Assembly: GCF_009914755.1 (NCBI RefSeq)
Contig: NC_060930.1
Reading direction: 5' to 3' (one strand)
DNA length: 64,000 nucleotides
Source of the DNA: the human T2T-CHM13v2.0 reference genome, Homo sapiens
Shown: piece by piece, positions 51,170 to 64,000 of the stretch
Position numbering within the stretch: the first letter of the stretch is position 1
How the letters are laid out: each line of letters opens with the position of its first letter
The notes under the pieces: generated by a model
Told to the model about the DNA's origin: nothing
Database searches by the model: none
The model's input: only the letters and a program-made list of their open reading frames with translations
Made by a program: the position numbers and the translations under genes

Positions 51170-52610
51170 CCGAATTGCTGGATAATATAGTGGTTCTATT
51201 TTTAGATTTTTTAAAACTCTCCATACTGTCTTCTATAGTGGCTGTACTAATTTAAATTCCTATCAACAGCGTACAAGAGTTCCCTTTTCTCCACATCACC
51301 AGCATCTGTTATTTTATTTTATTTTATTTATTTTATTTTTGTCTTTTCAGTTGTGGCTATTCTATCTGGGGTAAGATGACATCTCATTGTGGTTTTGATT
51401 TGCATTTCCCTAATGATTAGTGATGTTGAACATTTTTTTATGTATCTGTTGGCCATTTATATTCTTCTTCTGAAAAATATTTATTCATGCCCTTTGCCCA
51501 CTTTTTAATAAGATTGTTTGGTTTTTTAATTCTTGAGTTGTTTGAGTTTCTTATAGTATTCTGGATATTAGTCCCTTGTCAGATAAATTGTTTGAAAATG
51601 TTTTCTCCTGTTCAGCAGATTGTCTCTTCACTCTGTCAATTGTTTTATTTGCTATGCAGAAGCTTTTTTAGTTATTATAGTCCTATTTGTCTGGTTTTAT
51701 TTGTGTTTTCTATATTTTTGAAGTCTTAGCCATAAAACCTTTGCCCGGACCACTGGCCTAGAATGTTTCCCCTGTTTTCTTCCAGTTGTTTTATAGTTTC
51801 AGGTCTTTCATTTTATTTAAGTCAACTTGAGTTGATTTTTAATAGGGTGAGAGATAAGAATCTAATTTCATTCTTCTGCATACGGGATATCCATTTTCCC
51901 AGCCCTTTTACTGAAGAGGGTGTCCTTTTCCCAAATGTGTGTTCTTGGCACCTTTGTTAAAAGTCAGTTGGCTGTAAATATATGGATTTATTTCTGCATT
52001 CTCTATTATGTTCCATTGATTGGCATGTCTGTTTTTATATCAATACCATTCTGTTTTGGATACTATAGCCTTGTAATGTATTTTAAAGTCAAGTAGTGTG
52101 ATGGCCCTAGCTTTGTTCTTTTTGCTCAGGATTTCTTTGGCTATTTGGACTTTTTAAAAATGTTTTGGGTCCATAGAAATATTAGAATTATTTTTTCTAA
52201 TTCTGTGGAAAAATAACCTTGGTATTTTTGTTGGAATTCCCTTGAATCTTTAGATTGCTTTGGGAACTATGGTCATTTTACTAATATTAATTCTTCTGAT
52301 TCATGAGCATGGAATATCTTTCCATTTGTTTGTGTCCTCTTCTTTCTTTCATCAGTGTTGTATAGATTTATTTTTAAGAGATCTTTGACTTCCTTGCATA
52401 AACTTATTCCTAGGCATTTTTTTCTAGTTATCGTAAATGGAATTGCTTTTTTGATTTCTTTCTCAGCTACTTCATTAATAATGTATAGACATTATACTGA
52501 TTTTTGTATGTTGATTTTGCATCCCACAACTCTACTGAATTTACTTATCATATCTAATAGTTCTTTGATGGAGTCTTCAGATTTTTCTAGAAATAGGATC
52601 ATTTCATTGG
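51170..52610 (-). mobile_element. Old L1M fragment
   Basis: ctcattgtggttttgatttgcatttccctaatgattagtgatgttgaac L1 signature. Confidence 0.85.
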
Positions 52611-53300
52611 CAGGGAGGGGAGAGAGGCTGAAGGTTAAGCTGATGGCCAATGATTTAATGAATCATGCCTAAGAAATATGACTTCCATCAAAACCCAAAA
52701 GGGCAGGGTTTGGAGAGCTTCTGGATAGCTGAACACAGGGAAGCTAACAGGAGGTGAACAAGAACTCAGCCATGTGCCAGAGAGGGTGGCGCATCCCAAC
52801 CCCATGGGACAGAAGCTCCTGCACTGGAAACCCTTCTCACCTTGCCCTATGTGTCTGTTCATGGGGCTCTTTGTGTCTTTTAAAATATCTTTTTAAATAA
52901 ACTGGTAAATATATGTAAGTGTTTTCCTGAGTTCTGTGAGCCATTCTAGCAAATTAATCAAACCTGAGAAACAGGTTATGGGAACACTGATTTAAAGCAA
53001 GTTAGTTAGAAACACGGGCAAAATGGCTTGAGACTGGCATCAGGAGTGGGAGGCTTGAGACTGGCATCAGGAGTGGGAGGGGGACAGTCATGGGGACTGA
53101 GCTCTCAACCCATGGGATGCAATGCTATCTCCAGGGAAAGAGTGGCAGAATTCAGTTAGAGGACACCCAGCTGGTGTCCATCACAGAACTGATTGCTTGT
53201 TTGTTGGAGAAATTCCCTACATTTGGTCAGAGAAGTCTTCTGTGTTGATAGTTGTTGTGGTGTGAGAGTAGTGGAAAACAACGTGAGATTTTCCACACTC
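52611..53300 (+). mobile_element. MER21-like LTR fragment
   Basis: tggccaatgatttaatgaatcatgcc...ggagagcttctggatagctgaacac; internal ~26-bp tandem duplication ~53024-53080. Confidence 0.6.
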
Positions 53301-53834
53301 AGAGTGGATCTAAATGTTGAGTTGCTTTTAAATTTGACTTAGTCGTGGCCTGACTAAACAGGATTAGATGTGAGAAATTTTTTGGTATAATGTATAGGAA
53401 GGAACTAAAGGCTGATGAGGATGGGAGTGTTGGAATAGATGTTCTGTGCATGAGTACCCCCTTCATCCTCTCTGTCTCCCAAGAACCAAAAAATACTCTC
53501 TCTGCAGCTTTAACAAATACTGGTTTGGAAGAGAGTGACTGCGTTTTTCAAAGTTCTAAATGGCTATGATTGCAGGACCTTTGTGATGCTCAGGAATGTC
53601 CTGATGTCAGCGGAGATGAAGGAAAACCAGAGATTCAAAAGTCAAAGGAAAGGGCCATTTACCATAATTCATATCATACATATTTCCTGGAAAAAAAAGA
53701 AAAATTCCTTGGGGAAAAAGCATCAAAATCATCAGGAAGTCTTCCACACAGAAATGACTTCATTAATTTGATCTCTGTCATTCTTTCTTTTCATTCATGT
53801 ATTATTATCCATAGAGATTTCTATCCTGTGGGTT

Positions 53835-54676
53835 TTTTATTTAATTTTTGTTTGTTTGGTTTTTTCAGACACAGTGAGACCCTGTCTCAAACAAACAAAC
53901 GTCACAGGCTGCAGTGCAGTGGCACAATCATTGCTCACTGCAGCCTCGACCTCCCTGTCTGAAGCAATCCTCCAGCCTCAGCCTCATGAGTAGCTGAAAC
54001 TACAGGAACATGCCACCATGCCCAACTAATTTTTTAAAAAATTTTTTTGTAGAGATGAGGTATCACTATGTTGCCGAGGCTGGTCTCAAACTCCTGGGTT
54101 CAAACAATTCACCCACCTTGGCTCCCCAAAATGCTGGGATTACAGGCCTGAGCCACGTACCCAGCCTCTATCCCATGTTTTGATTCATCATCATCTCCTA
54201 AGCCCTTTCCCAGCATCGATAGTCTACTAAACATGCCATGATTAAATTATATCTCTATACCTTGATATAAACAAAAAATTATATGAGCAGTAAAGACAAA
54301 TATGAAAAAGTAAAATTACTGCCAAAGTTATTAGGAGGATAACCTAAATTATTTGGGTAGGAAAATCTTTCTTTTTTATTTTATTTTTTTTTCCAGCCAG
54401 GGTCTCATTCTGTCACTCAGGCTAAATTACAGTGGCCCGATCATGGCTCACTGCAGCCTTGACCTCCCAAGATTCAGGTGATCCTCTTGCCTCAGCCCCC
54501 TGAGTAGCTGAGACAACAGGCATGTGAGACAATGCCTGGCTCCTTTTTATATTTTTAGTAGAGATGGGGTTTTGCCATGTTTCCCAGGCTGGTCTCAAAC
54601 TTCTAGGCTCAAACGATCCACCCACCTCAGCCTCCCAAAGTGCTGGGATTACAGGCATGAGGCACTGTGCCAGCCT
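53835..54676 (-). mobile_element. Two minus-strand AluJ elements (~53835-54165 and ~54370-54676)
   Basis: gctcactgcagcctcgacctcc AluJ features. Confidence 0.85.
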
Positions 54677-54781
54677 CTTTTTTTTTTCTTCACATCTGCT
54701 GGAATGGAAAATATTTCTTAAATGAGACACAAATGTATCAAATTGAAAATGTTTAAACTTCAAAGGACTTACATACATATA

Positions 54782-57096
<2,315 letters not shown>

Positions 57097-58506
57097 TATA
57101 ACACAGTGGGGTGTGTGTGTGTGTGTGTTTGTATTTTGTGTGTAAGATTAACACTGAAATTGAGGTATCAACTAGGCACCAAGGTAAAAACATATTAACT
57201 TTTCCTGTGAGGTGTCAAATTACCCCATGCAGAATTTGAAATGCAAACGACCATTGGAGGCTTAGAGGTCTTCGGGTTCAAACCGTCAGAGAATAGCTCA
57301 TTTTAAACTCATCCTCCCACGGTAAACAAGTATAAAAGTCACAAAAAACATACAATGCAGTTGTGCAGCCACAAAACAGCAACCAGCACAGGACTATCAC
57401 CTTTTGGAGAATGGAAGTTCCTGAAAGGGAGATTCACATCCTTATCAGCTTTCTTTCCAGAAGCATTTGCCAAAATACAATGAAGAGAAATGGAACCCAA
57501 GCAGAGAAAATCAGTCTCGTCGGCAAAGGAAACAGAGATCAGAGTTCAGGCTTGGCACATTGACTGGGATTTAGGGGTAGGGTGCTGAGGGAGGGAGTTA
57601 CAGACAAGAAACCCCCAAAATCTGCACTCCTGAGCTGCATATGCTCCAGATGACACTCTAAGAAGCCCACTGGAGAACAGCTTCTTGGAGATTGCATGCT
57701 AAGTAGAAATGTCACAGGCTCCATAGTGTGAGGAGATGTTGGAATTTCAGCCCTGCAAAACCTGTGTTGAGACATCAGGATGGGGAAGCCACGTAAGTGA
57801 GGACCGTGACCTTGGAGTAAGAACCACACTGAAATAGACTCACCCTAGCAAAGGCTAAAATCAAGAGTAAGCAGAATCAAAGTGGGTCTGATTTTTACTA
57901 AAGGTGATTCTTTGATAATTACCTAACTGTCAAACTATTACCAGTCTTTGGAGGAAGATAACAAAACCCAGAGCCTCTAAAATCCATCATGTAGAATATG
58001 TGCCATGCCAAGCAGCAGAGAGAATGCAGCAACTAAAGAAGAAATAATCAACAGAAGCCAACTCAAAGATGATCTGAATATTGAAGTCAGCAAACAAGGA
58101 CATTCTTCAAAATATTTATGATTAATATGTTAAGGAAAATAGAGGAAAAGATGGGCAAACTATTTCAAAATTCCCAGAAAGATTAATCATAAGAAGAGAA
58201 AAAACACAAATGAACACTATGAGAAGGGACATTATAAAACTGTAGATTTTATTAAAACAAAAATAAGAGAAAGTTAGACACAACTTCATGGAAAGAGCTT
58301 TTAAAATTTAGGTATAGTGACATGAGTTCTTGAAAAAGACGGTTGAACAAAGCCAACAGAAAACTAAGTAGAAAATATAAATAATCCTATATCCATTCAG
58401 AAATTGAGTTCTAAATACATTCCTTCCCACCAGAGAAACTCCATGCCCAGATTTCTTCACCTGTCAATTCTTTCAAAAACTTTTTAAAAGGCATGTCAGC
58501 CTTATA

Positions 58507-58876
58507 CAGTCTTCCTCTGGTACCTTTTGGGATGGGTTCTAGGGCACCTGTGGATACCAAAATCCATGGATGCTCAGGTCCCATATATAAAATAGCCTAG
58601 TATTTGCCTATTAGCTATGCACATCCTCCCATATACTTTAAATCATCTCTAGATTACTTATAATTCCTAATGCAATGTAAATTATTTGTAAATAGTTGTT
58701 ACACTGTATTGCTTAGGAAATAATGACAAGAAAAATGTCTGTACATCTTCAGTACAGACATAACCACTGTAGGTACTCCTAACTACAGAGTATACATCAG
58801 CAGCAACATAACATTTTCAATCCTAAGGTTGTTGAATTCACAGATGTGGAACTCACAGACATGAAAGGCAGACTGT
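58507..58876. mobile_element. MER2-like TcMar DNA transposon
   Basis: ggataccaaaatccatggatgctcaggtccc...cacagatgtggaactcacagac. Confidence 0.65.
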
Positions 58877-58877
58877 G

Positions 58878-59248
58878 TGCTATGGTTTGGCTGTTTGCCC
58901 ACCCAAATCTCATCTTGAATTGTAGTTATCATAATCCCCACGCGTTGTTGGAGGGACTCGATGGGAGACAATTTAATCATGGGGGTGGTTCCCCTCATGC
59001 TGTTCTCATGATAGTGTGTTCTCACAAGACTTCATGGTTTTATAAGGGGCTTTTTCTGCTTCGGTTTGGCACTTCTCCTTGTTGCTGCCATGTGAGGAAG
59101 GATGTGTTTGCTTCCTCTTCTGCCATGATTATAAGTTACCTGAGGCCTCCCCAGTCATGCTGAACTCTGAGTCAATTAAACCTCTTTCCTTTTAAATTGC
59201 CCAGTCTTGAGTATGTCTTTATTAGCAGTATGATAACAGATTAATACA
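58878..59248 (+). mobile_element. THE1/MST solo LTR
   Basis: TGCTATGGTTTGGCTGT...ATTAATACA; TSD ctgtg/ctgtc. Confidence 0.88.
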
Positions 59249-62200
59249 CTGTCTTATATTTTTTAGATAATAAAGAGTAAACACCTTCCAACTAATTTTA
59301 TGAGGCAACATAAGTCAGACAAGGACCTAAACATGACAATTATATTACAAGAAAAATAAACTCATCATCGAAATGATCTGATGAACATAGCCTCCAAAAT
59401 TCCAATTAAAATATTAGTAAATAGAACCAAATAATATATGAAATGGATAACACATAATGACCAAATGGGATTTATAAGAGAAATACATGGTAGATTTAAC
59501 TTCAAAATGTCAGAATAATCTACCCCAAAAATAGAGAAAAGTAGGACAACATGTGGTTATATCAATAGATGCAGGAAAACCATTTGATAAAGTTCAGTAG
59601 GCATTCATAATAAAAACTAAATAAACTAGACATAAAAGGGAACTTCCCTAACAGAATACAGTTATTTACAACAAAGAAATACAAAGAAATACCTAAATCT
59701 AAAGTCATAATTAACGAAGAAATATTAAACACTCCTCTGAGGTGGGGACAAGAGAAGGATGTCCACTATCATCACTTTTATTTAACATTGTACTGTGTGT
59801 CCAACAGCAAAAATAGATTACATAAGATATATGACTGTCTTCTTCAAGGAAAACATTATCGTGTATGAAGAAAATTTAAGAAGCTCTATGAACAGACTAT
59901 TAAAAATAAGTGAATTTGGCAAGGCCAGTATAAAGCAAAAAGTAACATTTCTATACGTGAGTAATAAACAGTGAGAAGAACTGACATTCTTTAAATAGCT
60001 CTATGTACAATACCACAAAGAAACATAAATTGTAGAAATAAATATAAAAGTTATACAAAATCTCATCATTCAGAATTACAAAACATTGCTGAGACAAATT
60101 AAGTGGATAGTTATTTCATATATATGAGGAAGACAATATTGCTAAGATACCGTTTATCCACAAAGTGATCCATGGAGTCAATGCAATTGTAATAAAACTC
60201 CCAAGAGTTTTTTTTGTGGGAATTGACATGCTTCTTCTAAAATGTATACAAAAATGTGAGGAGCTTAAAATAGCCAGAACAATATTGGAAGAGAACACAA
60301 TTGGAGGACTTAAACTATCAGATATCAACAGATATTTGAAAGCCACAGTGATTAGAAAAGTGAAGTATTTGTTCAGGGATAAACAAACAGGAAAAAATTA
60401 TTAAAATAGAGCCCTCTCTATTTTCTTCTATGAGTTTTATAATTTAGCCCTTACATGTAGGTCTCTGATCCATTTTGTGTTGATTTATACATATGCTGTG
60501 AGGTAGGGTTTCAACTTCTTTGTTTTTTTTCTTTTGCAGAGACAGTGTCTGTGTCACCCAGGCTACAGTGCAGTGGTGCAATCAGAGCTCATGGTAACCT
60601 TGAACTCCTGGGTCCAAGCAATTCTCCTGTCTCAGCCCCTCAAAATGCTGAGATTGCAGGTGGAGTCACCACTTCCAGCCCCTCAACTTCATCCTTTAGA
60701 ATGTGGGCATCCAGGTGCCCAGCTCCATTAGATGAAGAGTGTATACTTTAACACATTGAGTTGTCTTAACACCTTTACTGAGGTTCTTTGCATATATCTC
60801 TTTATGTGTCTCTGAGCTGTTGTCTAGGGCCCTTTCATTTTAATCTGAATGACTCACATTAGTATTTCTTATAGGAAAAATCTACTGGCAATGGAATCTT
60901 TCAGTTAGTTGTTAATTAACTGGAAACATCTCAATTTCTCCTTCATTTATTTTAATTTATTAATTGTGATAAAATGCACATAAAATTTACCATCTTAACC
61001 ATTTGTAGTGGTAGTGTTCAGTAGTGCTAAGAACACTCACACTGTTTTGCAAACCAATCTCCAGAACTCCTTTCATATTGCAAAACTGCATATTTTCATT
61101 TTTGAAGAATAAGTCTTCTAGATATAGAACTTTTGGTTGACAGCTTTATTTTTGTAGCACTTTAAACATGTCATACCACTCTGACTTTCCTCAGTGTTTT
61201 CTGGTATGAAATTGGCTGTTAATCTCAATGAGGATCCCTTGTACATGATGCATTATTTGTTTCTTGCTGCTGTCCAAGTTCTCTCTGCTTCTATTTCAAC
61301 AGTTTGGTTATAATGTTTCTTGGTTTGGATGTCTTTGAGTTTATTCTGCTTGGTAGATTCACAGATTTTTATCAACTTTGGCAAGGTTTCACCTGTTACC
61401 CTATATTTTTACTCTCTCTTTCTATCTCTCCTCTACTTTGGGAACTCCCATTATGCATCTGTCAGTCCACTTGATGCTGTACAGAGGTGTCATAGCCTCT
61501 GATCATTTCCCTTTATTTTTTTTTCTTCCTGCTCTTCAGATTGCATAATCGTAATTGGCCTATCTTCAATTTGCTGGTTCTTCTGCCTGCTAAACTCTGC
61601 ATATATTAGTCAGCATGGCGGTGTCCCACAAGTCCCTTAGGCTCTGTTCACTATTTTTTGTTCCTTTTTTCATTTCTATTCCTCAAAGTCTATGATTTAA
61701 GATGACTTGGCTTCGCGTTTGCTGATTCTTTCTTCTACCTGTTCAAGTCTGCTATTGAACATCTCTAATGAATTTTTTTTCAGTAATTATATTTTCCCTT
61801 CTAGAATTGCTGTTTCCTTATTATATTTTTAATGAGTCTTTATTTGGTGAGATATTGTTCTTCTGGTTCCTTTACATATATACATATATATATACACACA
61901 CATACACATATATGTGTATATATATACATATATATATATATTTACATATATAGAGAGAGAGTCCACGGTCTTTTTTATCTATTTGAGCATATTTAAACTA
62001 TTGGTTTAAAGTCTTGGTCTAGTAAGTCCAATGACTTGGCTTCCTTAGGGACAGGTTCTGCTGATGTATTTTTTTCTGCAAATGGGCCACTTTCTTAAAC
62101 TTCTAAATACCTCAAGAATTTTCACTGAAAACTGAACACTTTGAATACAACAATCTAGTAACTCTGGATACCATATTCTTTCCACTCCCCAGAGTTTCTT

Positions 62201-64000
62201 GTTGCCACTTGAGGATGGAGTTGTTTCTTAGTGACTTTTCTAAACTATTGTTAAGCTGTTCTTTGTCATGTGTGGTCACTAAAATCTATTCTGTTAGCTT
62301 CATGGTCAGCTAGTGATTTGACAGAGGTTTCCTTAAACAGCTGGAGCCAAAAAAATAAATAATTAATGCCCTCCCAGGCTTTGCAGATGGACTCTGAGTT
62401 GGGACACTTCTTCAACACTTAACCAGGCAGTTTAGACGTCCACCTTAACCTTCACTGGCTGCTTACTTGGAGGCTAAAGATCACCCAGAGGTAAAAGCCT
62501 AAGGTCATCTCAGGTCTTTTTAAAGAATGTGGGCATCCAGGGCTAAATATCCAGTGTTTAGCCCTGGCCATGTATGTGACATTCTGATTTCCTCAGTATA
62601 TGCGGGATATTTTGAAAGCCATATTGCCTTATGTATCTCCATCTCCAGCCTCTACCTCCCTAGGCTTTTCAGTCTGTCTGCTGTTAACCCATCCATCATT
62701 CCATGCCCCAGGCATCTGTGACTAGTATTTGCCTTTAAATGCTTTTGACAAACATTGCTATGGAGACCTCTCCAATCTTAATAAAGTTCCAAGAGGAGTG
62801 AAGCAAAGACCAGCCTCTAAGCTGATCTTTTTGGGGGCTATCATGCATGTCAAAGGACACAAACACAATTCTTTGAAAAGAAAGTTCATTTTGCCTTTTC
62901 TGGCATCAGGAAACTACACCAGGAATGTGGGACACCGTCCCCATGGCTGCCTCATAGCTGAGGGTGTGGGGGTGGGAGTGAGTAGGTGGCTAAGGAATAG
63001 TGGCACATGCTCTCCTACCAAAATCTAGAGCTCCTTTTTCATTAAGCACTACTTTGGTTGTTGTAAAAAAAAAAAAAATTCATAGACTCCAGAGTACAGA
63101 AAAACTTAATTTTGATAGTTTTTTTCCAGGTTAATAGTTGCTTTAGTTGGGGAATGTGTTGTTGGAGTTCTCTACCATTTTTGGTGAAGGCATTACAGTT
63201 GTCTTTTAATAAGATTTTAAAATTATGAAAAAATCTTATGTATCTACCCATGTGCTTACCATTTCTGGTGCTCTTCATTACATATTTGCTTTTGGTATAA
63301 TTTTCTTTTTGCCTGAAGGACTGAAACACTTATTACAGTTCGTGTCTGCTGGTTATGTATTTTTTCACTCCCTATAAGTCTAAAATCCCTTTTTTTATAG
63401 ATATCTTTAGAGTCTGTTAAGTAGCTTGATGCAATCATTACACATGGTATACATATATCAGTACATCACACAGTACCTCATGAATGTATTATTATATGTC
63501 AATTAAAATTATACATATATATATGTTTTTAAAAGGTTTTTTTTCTGGAAATAGAATCTAGTTTGACAGCAGTTGTCTTTCAGAACTTTAGCGATGTTGG
63601 TCATCTGTCCCTCATTTGCATTGTTTCCAATGAAATAACTGCTGTCATCTTTATTATTCTTCTTATGTGTTGTGTTTTGTGTTTTTCATTTTTGCTTTCT
63701 GCTTTTTCAATTTTCTCTCCTTCTCTGGTTTTGAACAAATACATGTTACTCTCACTCACAACTATAAAGCGAACTTAGGAAACAATCTATAGGGAGAGTT
63801 TGTTGATGATTGGTTATACATTTTCAGAAACAGTTGTTTATTCCTTCCTTTACAAAGGCTAATTTCCTTAGAATATTATTGTATTGAAGAATGTCATAAA
63901 TAATTTTATTTGTCACCTGGACCTGGTGCCAAGATACGTGGTCAAGCATTATTCTGGATGATTTTTTTAGGATGTTTCTTGGATATGATTAACATATAAA

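Larger units (their letters stand above)
57200..64000. mobile_element. Mosaic of highly degraded L1M fragments (plus strand to ~60400, minus strand after) with an Alu monomer at ~60520-60685
   Basis: ORF2-like remnants (60165-60404 IARTILEENTIGGLKLSD); AT-rich. Confidence 0.6.

Overview
Human (or great-ape) MHC class I beta-block DNA holding the complete NKG2D-ligand gene MICA on the + strand. Its six exons run from ATG 11519 to a 3' end near 23.2 kb. The allele is MICA*008-type: the exon-5 A5.1 G insertion shifts the frame and stops the protein at 332 aa, and residue 129 is Val. Upstream lie the canonical CpG-island promoter (HSE/NF-kB, GC box, inverted CCAAT) and a second GC-rich promoter about 2.9 kb further 5' (ISRE, E4BP4 site, splice donor). 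The rest is mostly transposon-derived: many Alus, old L1s, LTR8, LTR22 and LTR9-like LTRs, THE1, Tigger3, MER2, a hY3 RNA retropseudogene, and a full-length env-less HERV-L provirus (34.8-44.1 kb) whose 5' LTR carries a ~2.8 kb layered AT-rich tandem expansion. The least-explained signal is an ancient ~2.2 kb direct duplication flanking MICA on both sides (~1.6-3.9 kb and ~27.7-29.9 kb). Both copies keep a splice acceptor and a degenerate reading frame resembling an MHC class I-like platform domain. Also notable are a unique-sequence island at 47-51 kb with possible fossil GTPase-like exons and several templated-repair scars. Repeat family names come from recalled consensus sequences, not from a search.
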